Assembly (NCBI RefSeq): GCF_036588685.1
Contig: NC_086379.1
Location: 28,024,001 to 28,088,000, forward strand
Source of the DNA: Mytilus trossulus
Lineage: Eukaryota
DNA length: 64,000 nt
Direction of reading: 5' to 3'
The notes under the pieces were generated by a model. That model saw only the letters and a list, made by a program, of their open reading frames with translations. It searched no databases and was not told the origin of the DNA. How positions within the stretch are numbered: position 1 is the first letter of the stretch; each line of letters starts with the position of its first letter. Below are positions 1 through 12,340 of this stretch, one piece after another. Made by a program: the position numbers and the translations under genes.

Positions 1-60
1 GCCTAGATAATACAATTACTCTCTGCTATCCCTGTAATTATTGTCAATTATGACACAAAC

Positions 61-225
61 CTTCATATCGGAGGGAATTTTAACTTCAGATCCTGGCATG
101 AAGCTGTGTCTATGATTGACAGTTGGGCGCTCTGGGGGTACATCATCACAATGCTGGAATCTGATTGGTTTCTTAACTCCCCATAGAATGGTCACGGGAC
201 CTCTTATGACTAGGTTATTGTTGTC
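61..225 (-). CDS. RASSF2: RASSF exon (DNNNLVIRGPVTILWGVKKPIRFQHCDD...SDMK); the gene continues beyond the left edge
   Basis: TTCAG acceptor, GTTTGT donor, 55 codons in phase 0; resembles RASSF2/4 IVEGLLNISWGLRRPIRLQ. RA and SARAH domains are not in the window. Confidence 0.85.
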
Positions 226-1492
226 CTGAAATTACAAATATATTACTGTATATAATATCACATACAGAAGAACATTTCTAATAAATATTTTAATGCTGCA
301 ATATTGTGTTTTGTCAATTTGAAAATATGAATAAAACGTACAGTGATTACATAATTTATCAAAAGGAATTTTTATAAATATGACTATTCAAAAGAAGTTT
401 TTGAAAATCTACACAAAATTAGTATCAAATTTGACTAAATTTATTCTGATATTGAGCCTAAATATATATGCTTGATTTGGAGAGTAGACTGGATGTAATC
501 CTGTCTTATGTTGCTATACATTATACTATTCAAAGACCATATAAAACATACAAACAGTTCTATTGAGAACTATATAATTAATGAAACTGATTAATATGAT
601 ATTTTTTACTCCTTAAATATGATCTCAGGAAAGTCAATTCCCTAATTGGGTTCAGTTATTGGAAACCAAGTAGTATTCTTAAAACAACTAAGACTAGTAT
701 AAGTAACCACTCATTTATGTGGTAAGAACAAAAAGATTATAGCATCTTTGGTTCTGGCTTGAACATTCTTACAAGTACATGTAAACTACAAAATTAAATC
801 ATTTTTAACAAATATTTTATTAAAAGCAGTTTACTGGGATCTCTCTTTTCTTTCTACAGTTTTAAAAGGATATACATGTAATTTGATTAGAAGTTTCTAG
901 CATCAGTTAACCTTATTCCTGCAGAATTTAGTATTTCAAATGAAACCTAAACAGATATGTTAACTATTGTGGATAGCAATGTTGTCAGAATTCTGCCCCA
1001 TACTAGAAATTTGTTTTGTATTTTAAGGTATGGAAAGGGAACCTACTAAGAAGCATACAAAGTACATTTAAACAAACATGAAAGATAAAAGGACACAATA
1101 TGAAAGGGACACCTCAGTTAAACACTATTGATTTTCATATATTTATATAGTTTCAATGCAAATAACAACTCAGATATTTCAAACATATATTTATATTTTA
1201 CTTATTCAGAATAGAGATAATTATATGATATGAACAGATATAATTTTTCATTGGTAATACTTTTAACAAGAAAATATACTACATAACTAACATGTGTTAA
1301 CTAAAAACACCTTGTCAGAATTTCTGTCACATATTTAAATTAGGATCAATAAATAACAAAAAAATATCAATCATAATTAATATGCAATGTTTAATAAGTA
1401 ACAAAAAAATAATAAGCATTTCTTATATTATTCAATAAATACTTGACACGGTTTCTGACAAAATATGTAAATCAATCATGTTTTTTTTTTAA

Positions 1493-2241
1493 ACTTACAG
1501 TAAAAGCTGACACTGATTGTAATTTTTTTAATTACAGTAAAAGTTGACACTGATTGTATTTTTTTTTATTTACAGTAAAAGCTGATATAGATTGCCTTTT
1601 TGCTAACTGACAGTAAAAGCTGACACAGATTGTCTTTTTGTTGACTTACAGTAATAACTGACACTGACTGTCTTTTTGTTGACTTATAGTAAAAACTGAC
1701 ACTGATTGTCTTTTTGTTAACCTACAGTAAACGCTAACACAGATTGTCTTTTGTTGACCTACAGTAAAAGCTTACAGAGATTGTCTTTTGTTGACTTACA
1801 GTAAAAGCTGACACATATTGTCTTTTGTTGACTTACAGTAAAAGCTGACACTGATTGTCTTTTTGTTGACTTACAGTAAAAGATTACACTGATTGTCTTT
1901 TTGTTGGCTATCAGTAAAAGTTGATACTGATTGTCTTTTTGTGGACTTACAGTTAAAGCTGAGATTGTCTTTTTGTTAAAATACAGTAAAAGTTGACACA
2001 GATTGTCTTTTTTTTTACTTACAGTAAAAGCTAACTGATTGTCATTTGTAAACTTATGGTTGAAGCTGATTCAAATTGTCTTTTTGTAAACTTAAAGTAG
2101 AATCTGACACAGATTGTATTCTTGTTGACTTACAGTAGAACTTGACATATATGGAATTTTGGTAAAATTACAGTAGAAGCTGTCATCGACCCATTGTCAT
2201 TTTGTAAACTTACAGTAGAAGCTGACACAGATTGTCTTTTC
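1493..2241. repeat. ~38-bp minisatellite, 20 units, derived from the RASSF exon/intron boundary
   Basis: Consensus acttacagtaaaagctgacactgattgtctttttgttg; the last unit is the real exon end plus donor. Confidence 0.95.
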
Positions 2242-2298
2242 TTTCCTTTTTCTTGGTAGTATTCATTGTATGTTTTTATCTTGTTCAAAACTTCCTGT
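2214..2298 (-). CDS. RASSF2: RASSF shared exon (QEVLNKIKTYNEYYQEKGKKRQSVSAST)
   Basis: TTTTTCAG acceptor, GTAAGT donor; KTYNxYY resembles the RASSF2 N-terminal LKTYNLYY motif as recalled. Confidence 0.88.
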
Positions 2299-3475
2299 CT
2301 GAAAAAGAGAAGATAGTATTATGATATATGATTTAAAAGAAGACAATTTTCCTTCTAGATTCAATCAGAACAATGAGTAACTCTTTTCATTATCAGATAA
2401 CTTTGTTGTCACATAATTATATCACATGTAATTTAAGTCAAATACAAATGTATTGACATTGTGTCCACCAAACAGGTACATTGAGATCGGAAACCTCTTT
2501 GAGCATGAAAGCATCATGTATCTTCTGCAAATTTGCAATCAAAAACTCCTCATCTATCAGAAATTCTTGTTGATAGGGATGGAAGTAGGTTGTGGACTCT
2601 TACTCTGATGTTTAAAACCATAAGGGAATAACTTTGATGTAAATATTGGTGATATCATAAAATTTATGCTGGAACTCATTTTCTTATTTTTCATTATGAC
2701 CCAAAATAATTGAGTAGAATTTGATAATTCAATTCTAATATAATATATATATATGCTAATATACATGGTTCTTATCGTAAGTTTTAAAATGTGGACCAAA
2801 TTACAGATACACCTATAACAGTGATAAGGAAGTATATAAGTATTCATATTCATAAACATGAAATTTAAACTCTATACTTGAAAATAGGAGGTGCAATATA
2901 ATCTTAAACATCCAAGGCTAGATTTAAAATTTACAATACTTTTTTCAATGAATACAAAGCCTTTAAGACAAAATTTATGTCAGTCTAACTGGAAATTCAA
3001 TATTGATTGTGTGGTTAAATTGTCATCCAAATTTCTGAAAGATTTGACACAGAAAAATCAATATCCTTGTCTGATCCAAATTCAGTAACAGAAATAACAG
3101 CTAGACAAATTATAATGTAGATTTGTAGAGTACAAAGCTGTCAGGTTTAAAAACCTTTACATGATTACAAAAACAATTTATAATACCATAGCGAAAAACA
3201 AACTGATTTTACAGAAGAGAAAATAAGTCTTTTCTGTACCAACAGGAGAAGATCCATGATCAATATAAAGGGAAGATGTGGAGTTAATATCCAGAAACAG
3301 CAACTCACCAATATAAAAAAGCAGAAATGTCTTTATAATGCCAAGCTCTAAAATTCCCCCTAGTCCAAGTAGGATGCATGTGGAGATTGCCAAAGAAATG
3401 CTATCAACTACGAAAAAAAACTCCAAAGATGTGCCAGTAATAAAAGATTTCTATTGATTATAAATTTAATACAAG

Positions 3476-3603
3476 CAGTGGCGGATCCAAAACTTTTTGT
3501 AAGGGCTGACTGACCTAAGAGGGGGGGGGGGGGTTCTCCAGTCACACTTCAGTGAATATAATCAACCAAATCCCCCCCCCCCCCCCCTTTTGATCCACCC
3601 ATG
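3476..3603. mobile_element. MITE with CAG...ATG ends and 5-bp TSD ACAAG
   Basis: cagtggcggatc ... gatccacccatg imperfect TIRs, internal polyG/polyC, ACAAG on both flanks. Confidence 0.75.
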
Positions 3604-5113
3604 ACAAGTTCTTTGTGAATACAATCCTTCATTCTCTTTTTTTTTATTACTTGTAACTCCTATTTCTTGTTAAATAGATTTCTGGGTAATCTAATTGTTA
3701 TATCTTTTAGACTTTTACAATAGACTATCTTTATAACATCTACCCTAAAACGATTCAACCTTTTATATTCATTTTACCCTTCCATTTCAATACACAAAGT
3801 TAGTCTAAGTATTTAACAATCCATGGAAAGTAAACATGACGTTGTTCATGAAAGTTACGATAACATTCACATGTAATTAAATGAAGAGATGCTTAAAAGA
3901 TGACAGTTCATGACTTGCCAAAGGCGATAAGCCATGACTTGTTATATTTGAAGATTCTATCCTAATTTACTTATAATTTCTAGTACCTACATTTTGTATA
4001 GTTAAAAATAATGCTGAAGGCAGTTGTAATTCTTTAGTCAAAATCTCAATTTAGGTTAAACAGACATGACATGCAGAGAATCTTCAATTTGTAACTAATA
4101 TCTTTTCATGTAGACATTTACATATGAATAAAAAGACAGGTGCGACAATCGTCAATGATGCAATAGCCATTTAACAGAAATTAACCACAAAAAGTCAACA
4201 GTTTATCCTCATTGATAAACAAGTGTCCATAGTGTTTGTCTAACTCCTGGTGTACAAGCCTTAAGTCTGAATTAAGTGTACGTTCAATTTCATTATATTT
4301 TCCTTTGCTGTTTATTTACATTTTTCAACAAAGTTTCAAGTGTTACCAAATTGAAGTGGCATTCAATTTATTTTTGCTCTGTTTGCATATATGTACGAGG
4401 AAAGCAATCTTAGAAAATTGGGATAGGTCCTTCCCGAAAAAGCAAATTCATAAGCCATGTTTTTAACTTATGGGCAGCAATTCCACCTTAATTGCCCTTA
4501 TTTTATATACTGGTATTTTTTCCACATAAATGTCAGCTTATCCCTATAGCTACATGTAGTGTAAATTGCATTCCAGACCAGGTAATAACCAGGTACAAAC
4601 CACTCCATCATCAATGATAAACAATTGTTGTTTTTGTGTAATCCATCATCTAAACAGCTGACCACAAAGATAATGTGGTAGATTAACACCTATCATTACT
4701 AATACCCTTCAGCATAAAATACTAGTGAGCAGTATAGCACCTGCCTTGTAAGAGACATTGGAGGAAAGATAAAAAGAATTTTGAAAAGGAAATGACCATG
4801 ATCAAATGCATTTTTGTTTACAAAAACAGCAAATTTATAAGATCATTTAGTGTTTACTAGAAGTGTTTAGAATCAGGTAAACTATGTAAGATCTATATAT
4901 ATTAGGCAGGAAACCCCTAATTTTGGCAGGTGGTAAAAAAAATACCATTTGATTTTTTTTTAATTTGCAAAATAAGTTATTTCTTTTGGAATGAAATATG
5001 GCACCCCCAACACCAGCCTTTCCTTAAGAAAAAAGAAATTTTAAAAGTTTTTATGCAATAACTTTGTTTTAGAGGAATTGTATCTGATACACGCCCACTG
5101 TAACACCCCTTAA

Positions 5114-5321
5114 GGTGGTAGACCTAGTTAAGGGAAATAACTCTTAAAATCATCAGTACGTTTGTGTCAGCCATTTTCATAAATACGTTCTAAGCTTCTA
5201 GGATACATAGATTATTTTCAATCTGTTTCAGGTAAATGCTTAAAATACATAAATAAAATTTGACTATTACAAACGCATCACTGAATTAAAGAGTTATCTC
5301 CCTGGACCAAGGTCTACCCCC
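5114..5321. mobile_element. TTAA-flanked MITE (Kolobok-like)
   Basis: TIR ggtggtagacct...agggaaataactct / agagttatctccct...ggtctaccccc with TTAA on both sides. GG termini fit Kolobok better than piggyBac (inference). Confidence 0.8.
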
Positions 5322-5657
5322 TTAAAATTGCACCTGACCTCAGTATTTAACGCTCTTGTTCAGCATGTAACAATGTTCAGACCCTCCCTTAGCCAAACCA
5401 AATTAGCTGATGTCACTTGCAAAAAAAATTATAAAATAAATATAGAATAGTCAATTCTTTTCCTAGTGAAACACTTATCTTGTTTGTATCAAAATAACTT
5501 AAAAGTTAATGATGTATACAAGGTCCATATAATAATTGTTAAAACGCCTAACCACACACTTAATTATGTAAACAAACAAGAGTAAACATGACATTGCATG
5601 ATGGGTTGGTTTGCTTTTCATTAACCTTCAACGATAATGATGTGTTTTCTTACTTAC

Positions 5658-5707
5658 TTTTCTACATCTAAAATGGATTCATCTGGTATATCAATCCTAT
5701 CCATCAT
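5658..5707 (-). CDS. Candidate alternative first exon C of RASSF (MMDRIDIPDESILDVE)
   Basis: ATGATG at 5707, 16 codons, then a phase-2 AA|GTAAGT donor in frame with exon 2214-2298. Confidence 0.55.
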
Positions 5708-7830
5708 TACTATTGTCACAACACACAAAACACAATATTTCTTTTCTGAATATGAAACACACTACAAGGTGAAATTATACACATTTCTCATTCTTACGAT
5801 CCAGGAAGAATATGATATTGCTTAATTCATTTCCAAACTGAAACTCCACCTAGGAAACGAAACATTCCTGTGACGATTAAACCATAGGTATTTCACACAA
5901 AAATTTGCATTATACCGGTAAATGCTTTTATAATTATTTCCTCGATTGTCTTTAATGGCCTTTTAATACCGCAGGTCTACAGTTCATGATCTCATTCATT
6001 TGATTATGCATATAGATTATGAAAATTTAGCCTTCGTCAAACAGGTGAATTGCATGTTCAAAGGATGTTTTTTTATCTTTCCGTGTATATAGACCACCAC
6101 AGGTCTTATCAATGACCTAATCAATTTCCAATAATAGAACAAGAACTTGTCAAAAATATCTGTGATGTGTATTGCACAGGTCATAAGCTGTAATACTGAT
6201 CCAACAGATTGGGAACTAATCACAAAAGCAAGGAACTGATTGAAGAATAGCTGCACAGCATATTGGATATTATTATAATTATTGATTGATTCTATCTTTT
6301 ATGCAAGAAGTGCTGTTTGCTTGAAATGCAACAAGTTTTATAGCATTGTCAGTATTTTATAAAAAGTTAAATGAAAAAAAAAAATTCTAAATTTAATTTT
6401 AAAGCGATATCTTTTTTATGATTCTTGTAAAAATCTAAAATCAATAAATCAAATGCATTTCTTTACACAAAACAGGAAGTAATAGACCATAAAAATTATT
6501 GTTGCAATCTGCAGAAGCAATCTGCAATATAAAGTGAGACAAAAAAATAAAAATAATTTAAAATCTTTGCTAAGCCCCAAGGAGTATAATGTTAAAATTT
6601 CATAATCACCCATCAGCAAGAACAAACATCATCAAAAAAAAAACTCATCATGAAAAAAATTTCTACGAACGAGCTAAGAACACACCCTTGAACTTATTAT
6701 TACTTCAATACATGTATTTAAACCATATTCTATAACTTGTCTATTACAATTATTACAGTTTAATTTCTATAAGTCAGAATTAAATGCCATCATAGCATTT
6801 AAAATGTTTCTTTTCAAAGGATATGAACCAATAAACCAATATCAAACTTCAAATATTTGAAGATATACAAATAACTCAGTTTATTTTTAAATATTTAGCT
6901 TTGATTTCCTATTGGACACAGCAGGTATGCCCTAGAAATAGGTGTTTTTATCAACATTGATGTTATGTACACGAGGTTACTGAATAAACACTTACAAGAG
7001 AGGATTATGAGATAATGAATTAACCAAATATTTGCCGATATTTTTGACGAGTAGAAGGTAATCAAAACAGCTCTCCAGCATTTTTGATTAACAGATGCTT
7101 GTATTATATAAAAAATGTAATATTATTTCATTTTTAAGTGGAAAGTTAATGGTATACCCCTGAGTTATTGCAAAATGCAATGGAAGTAATTAGTATTTGA
7201 TGTTTTAACCTTAGATTTATGGAAATAGTGTGAGAGATGCCTGTTCCTTTAAAGAAAATGACTTTTCATATGCTGGCTTCACAAGATATAGCATACCTTA
7301 CCAGAATAAATGGGGAATGTGTTAATGGGACACAAATCATGGACAATGAGTCAATGATGATGTCCCAGCTTTCATATAATGTTATAAAGGAATATAACTC
7401 AAGAACTATAAAAGTGATGCTAACCTAATTTGTTCATGATTTGAGATTTGTACAAACAAGCATTGTAATAACTTTGCATAACATTTAGTTGAGACAAACT
7501 TAATTTAGAGAGTAATTATTCAACATGTTTTTCAATTTGTAAAGGGCCATAACTCTAGAAACGTAAAAGTGATGCCACCAAGATTCGCACTTGGTCTGTA
7601 TTTTGTGGTAATAAGCATTGTGTATAAGTTTCATTACATTTGGTTGAGGCAAACTTAAGTTAGAGAAAGGAAAGCAATTTTAGGATGTACGTAAATACAA
7701 ACAGACAAGGGTAAAATTTAATGCCCCCCTCTGCTACAGTTGGAGCAAAAAAATATTTCAATAAAATTAATTTTCCATATGAACATTTAATATGTTTTTT
7801 TGGCTTGCAATTATAAAAGCTGCATGTATA

Positions 7831-8372
7831 TAATCCCGGCGAGGGAAGAACCAAAAATTTGCGAAAGCAAATTTACAGATCTAACATTGTTGGGTTGATG
7901 TTTAGACGAGTTGTATATATATATATATATATATATGCAGCTTATATAATTATATAACTATTTATAAATATATAACTTGTCTAAACATCAACCTTGAGGC
8001 TGACAATGCTAGACAATGACAATGAATGTTAGATCTGTAAATTTGATTTTGCAAATTTTTTTCCAGGATTTGAACCCATTGCTACTGAGATATTGTGACA
8101 CTAAATCGCCTGCACAGTAACTGGTGCGCTAGACCACACAACCACTTGGGTTTCATAAAATGAAGCTTTCGGTGGCCGGGTGTTACCTTTCAACTTCAGT
8201 TTTAATCTAGCGTTGTACTACAGTACATGATATATAAGGCATGAAGATGTTATTTTTAAAGATCAGCTAAATTATCTAAAGTAAAGAATCCTTCAAATTA
8301 ATGTAAGATACAGTCACAGAAATAATTATATTTATAAGTACGTCTGAACCAGTGAAAATATATATATATATA
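7831..8372. mobile_element. Two tail-to-tail copies of a tRNA-head-containing repeat sitting in (TA)n
   Basis: 7831-7920 (+) is the inverted copy of 7970-8065; the minus copy has A-box/B-box-like tggtctagcg / ggttcaaatcc at 8080-8146; TA runs at 7914-7936 and 8357-8372. Confidence 0.65.
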
Positions 8373-8600
8373 CAAGTCTAATATGAAAACTAAGTTCAAA
8401 CCTATGATTGCTTTGGATAAAAAATGCAATTTTTATACTTGTGCATGTTAAACAAATTTTGTTGTAGAAGGATCTAATTTTTATACATGTGCATGTTAAA
8501 CAAATTTTGTTGTAGAAGGGTTTAAATACAGCACAAACAAAAAGAACAAAAAAGTTAAAAGTAAATTTTAACAAAACATGAGGTGCATACAAATTTGTGT

Positions 8601-8643
8601 ACACCAAATCCGGATGTCGACAATAAATGTCTCTTCAGTGATG
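8601..8643 (-). ncRNA. Degenerate type I hammerhead ribozyme (CUGAAGA family)
   Basis: Minus strand: cauca CUGAAGA gaca-uuuau-uguc GACA uccgga UU uggug; GAAA is mutated to GACA. Confidence 0.6.
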
Positions 8644-8961
8644 TATATATACATGTATATACGGTATACCAGTATGCAAAATAATCAAATTATATTGGTT
8701 GTATTTGTAAGTTAATGTTGTTGTTTCATTTTGCATTTAGATTGATATAAGAAAATAAAACATTGTGATAATTTCCCTGTCCATAGAATTAAGACTTTCA
8801 TACATGAATCTCACTTTACTATTTATTGTTTATCAAGGAAGTATTGGTCTAAAGATAGCTCACTCTTCTGCTTTCATAGCTCTGCCGATAGTAAAAAAAT
8901 ATCCTAGTTTCATCATAAAACAATGTAGTCAATTTTTTGTTACGCCTTAATATTTTAAAAC

Positions 8962-9510
8962 AATAAACTCATTATAGAAACGAGGATTAAAATTTTGTAT
9001 GCAAGATGCCTGTTTGGTCTAGGCCTAAAATAAAATATTGTTTGTTTCCCCCAATCCCGACCGACCCTGCAAAAACAGTCCTACTCACAAAATTTTATTG
9101 TCAAAACTAAGTCAAATATTATTTTATTCATTTCCAATTTGCAGGCTTGCTGGATCTACCGAGATTGTTCTAGCCTTTAGGAAAAAATAAAATTATTTCC
9201 CTACCTACCTACCCATACCTGGCTTGGCCTGGTTGGGATTGGGGGAAAAAACAATATATTAGTTTAGGCCCTATAATAGACTCATCAGTGACATAAGAAT
9301 CAAAAAGTCAAACATGCCAAATAAAGTTTTAAGTTGAAAAGCATTTCAGAAAATAAAACTCTGAAAGGTGTTGGTGAATACAGGTTGACTTCTAATCCTG
9401 GGATAAATTCTGTAGTATTTTGAATATTTCAAAAATTTTGAAACAAGCTTATTTATAATTATGACAATGTCTCATGGTCTTTGCAATATCCTGCTGGCAC
9501 CACTAGTAGA
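8962..9510 (-). mobile_element. Decayed retrozyme copy whose hammerhead is split by a MITE
   Basis: Reverse-complement similarity to 22996-23400; CTGATGA core on the minus strand at about 9282-9288. Confidence 0.7.
9022..9271. mobile_element. MITE with ~37-bp TIRs and TA TSD (Tc1/mariner-like)
   Basis: ggcctaaaataaaatattgtttgtttcccccaatccc ... gggattgggggaaaaaacaatatattagtttaggccc with TA on both sides. Confidence 0.8.
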
Positions 9511-9530
9511 AGAAATTTCAATCATTAAAA

Positions 9531-9788
9531 AACAAGAATGTGTCCTCAGTACAAGGATGCTCCATCCGCACTATTATTTTATATGTTTAATGGACCATTA
9601 AAATGGGGGAAAATCTCTAATTTGGCTTTACAATTATCATATCATAGGGAAAATGTATACTAAGTTTCAAGTTGATTGAACTTCAACTTCATCAAAAACT
9701 ACCTCGACCAAAAACTTTAACCTGAAGCAGGACGAACGGACCGATGCACAGACCAGAAAACATAAGGCCCATAAATGGTGCATAAAAA
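9531..9788 (+). mobile_element. Non-autonomous Helentron/HINE-like repeat; further copies at 42796-43103 (+, with a GACG microsatellite) and 59187-59460 (-)
   Basis: Shared aacaagaatgtgtcc start, aagtttcaagttgattggacttcaacttcatcaa core, ggacg microsatellite and A-rich insertion sites across three copies. The class is inferred. Confidence 0.7.
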
Positions 9789-11956
9789 TGCTACAATCCC
9801 CGGAAGCAAGTATATAAATGTTTAAAGTAAGAACTGTGCTAACGGATGATTGAGTGAAAATAAAAATCATGTCCTGTTACCCAACAAACATTCAAGGTAC
9901 TCGATATGTTCTTCACTGTCACTCATATAATAATTTGTTTACAGTGAACATAAAAAAAACTGGTTCCATTTAAACCAAGATTAATATTGTATTATTTTCT
10001 CCCTGATTCAATTTCTGCCATATAAAATACATTGTACATGTATAATAAATATAAATATGTTTCTTTTATTCTTAAAATATCTGACTGTACAAAACTATTG
10101 GGTTTTTCCAGAGTTTCAATTGAAAACACAGAATAATCTCTCCGAGATATTTTTCAGGTTGAAAGTTTTAAAATTAAAAAAAAAAGTCTCTGAACTTGTC
10201 ATAAATATTAGGACACTATATTAATTTGGGTAAGACCATTGGGATATAATTTCAATCATAACATACTTGCATTGGTGAACTAAAATATATAATCATGATC
10301 CAGATGATTAATTATCAGATTTCAAGCTTAATATTTTATTAGCTCAACTAGATGCATTTACATAATCCATGTAATCAGAGGCAAGCAGGACCAAATAATT
10401 AAATATGCAAGAAATTGCAACCATCTTTATTTCATCACTTTCAAGATATTGTTTTCTTCAAAAACTTGATAAATTGTAATATCCCTTGTTTTTTTATAAA
10501 AAGCAATTAACTGGTCTGATCTTAACATTGGTATTTTTAATACTGAATTGAATAACAAATGGCTTTACATCATCTAAATAGGTCCAATGCATGTATATAT
10601 TTGTTTAATCATATTTGTAAGTGCATCAAGACTAACTTAAATCATGTGCTACTTAGATACCGGGACAAGCAGATGAAAAACAGTAAAAGTTGTACTAGAA
10701 AATTAAGCATGTCTGATACTCTTTTGGTTAAATGTACATGTGACAAATCTGTTTATCAAAGATCTAAAGTACATATCAGGGCTGCTTTTAAAGTCTCATG
10801 CATTTAGCGTGGTTACTCACTCAATTTGGTCAATCAAACAGAAATAGGAAAAAACAAATTTTATACAAGTGGGAGGTTAAGCTAGCTAAAAACCAGGCAT
10901 ACCGTAATCCATAATATTCTTCAGAAAAACTCTGAACTATGTTGGTTATTGTCCATGCATCCAAAATGTGCGAGACTCACGCATGTTCATGCTTTTTTTG
11001 TGACATTTTCCTTTGATGTATTATTTTTTCTTTTTGATGTTTTCAATTTCGGTCAAATCTCACGCATTTGCTTCATGAAAAGATGGCAGAACGAACTGAC
11101 ATTATGGTCCATATATCAATATATCTGACAACTGTAGAATTTTTGATCCCTTGATGGTCATCTGGAGTCAATTAACATACCCCATTACTCTTAAACATAG
11201 GTCTTTTTCTGGAATTCTAGGTAAAAGTATAGTATCGCATCATGCACATTGGTCAAATGATTTCATGTTTAGGAGGGTAGTTACATACATGTATATACAT
11301 TGGTATGCTGACAAAATTCTAGAAGAATTTGGCGTGATCATACATTGTACACAATCCACCAGCTACATGTACTGGTGGAATACAAGCAAAGCCCCTGATA
11401 CACTGACCCAATATTTATACATGCAATTTGTACACATGTTGTACATTGTACATTAATTAGTACATGAAGAGTTGGGACCTGATGAATGATAATCAAATTC
11501 ATCCTCTTGGTAAAATCTGGACTAAAACATTATAGTATTTTCATAAATAGTATTCAATGGTAACATTACCTTCTAAAAAATAAAAATACTAAATATAGGC
11601 TAAAGCAGTTGCCTGAAGATTTCATAATTTTCGCTATAATTATGAAATTTTCAGGCAAATAAATTATTTCCCAAATTTTTCCGCTATAATTATGAAATCT
11701 TCAGGTTACTGTGGCTGAAGGCTGTGACATGGATGCTAAATGTATAACCTTTGAATAGTTTAAAGGAGTAGTTTTCATCAAATTACACAGGATAGAGAAA
11801 AATGACAGAATATCGTTAGTTAAATTTCTCAGTAAGATTTCAGACTTTTTTTTAGCAAAAAAAACAAATTAGAGTTTTATTTTTTTAACTCAACTGCCAT
11901 CATTTTCCTTTTATAGTCAAAGTTTGGGCTCTTTCCAAAATTATAATACAACGCAC

Positions 11957-12126
11957 CTTTCCATCGGTCTTTTGCTCATTATTTTCTTTTGTTGGCGAGA
12001 TGAATCAGGAACAAAGATGAACCAAAGAAGGAAATAAAATAAATTGCTCAAAGAGTCATAAAAACCCTGCCAAAACGACGTGAATTGTGACCAAGTATCC
12101 GTCTTCGTTGTTTCCTGTTTTGCCAT
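11957..12126 (-). CDS. Candidate alternative first exon B of RASSF (MAKQETTKTDTWSQFTSFWQGFYDSLSNLFYFLLWFIFVPDSSRQQKKIMSKRPME)
   Basis: 56 open codons from ATG 12126 to a phase-2 AG|GTGCGT donor; CpG-richer promoter-like DNA lies immediately upstream (12200-12340). Confidence 0.6.
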
Positions 12127-12199
12127 TACCGGTGCATACACAAATAAGTGTGAAACGGGAGATAACTCTAACTGCACATAAATTATGTCGGAACAAAAA

Positions 12200-12340
12200 T
12201 AACGTGTCTTCAACGACGTCCGCGTCAAAACTGACGGACGCAAAATGGGGGACAGTCAGGGTCACTTTCTATCTATCTTCATATTTCCGCACTCAGTCAC
12301 AACTTTGACTATTACGTGCCGTTGCATGCGTGCATGCTTT
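12200..12340 (-). promoter_or_regulatory. Candidate internal promoter of RASSF isoform B
   Basis: Local CpG enrichment, NRF1-like gcatgcgtgcatgc and a tacgtg motif, just upstream of candidate exon B. Confidence 0.4.

Noticed and set aside
1493-2241. CRISPR-like array
   Set aside because: The units are contiguous degenerate tandem copies with no unique spacers, the context is eukaryotic, and there are no cas genes.
8080-8146. tRNA gene
   Set aside because: Only A/B-box-like remnants inside a repeat; no complete cloverleaf could be formed.
2557-11456. Numerous 60-100 aa ORFs in RASSF introns
   Set aside because: Composition reflects AT-rich non-coding or repeat DNA, with no motifs or consistent splice phases.
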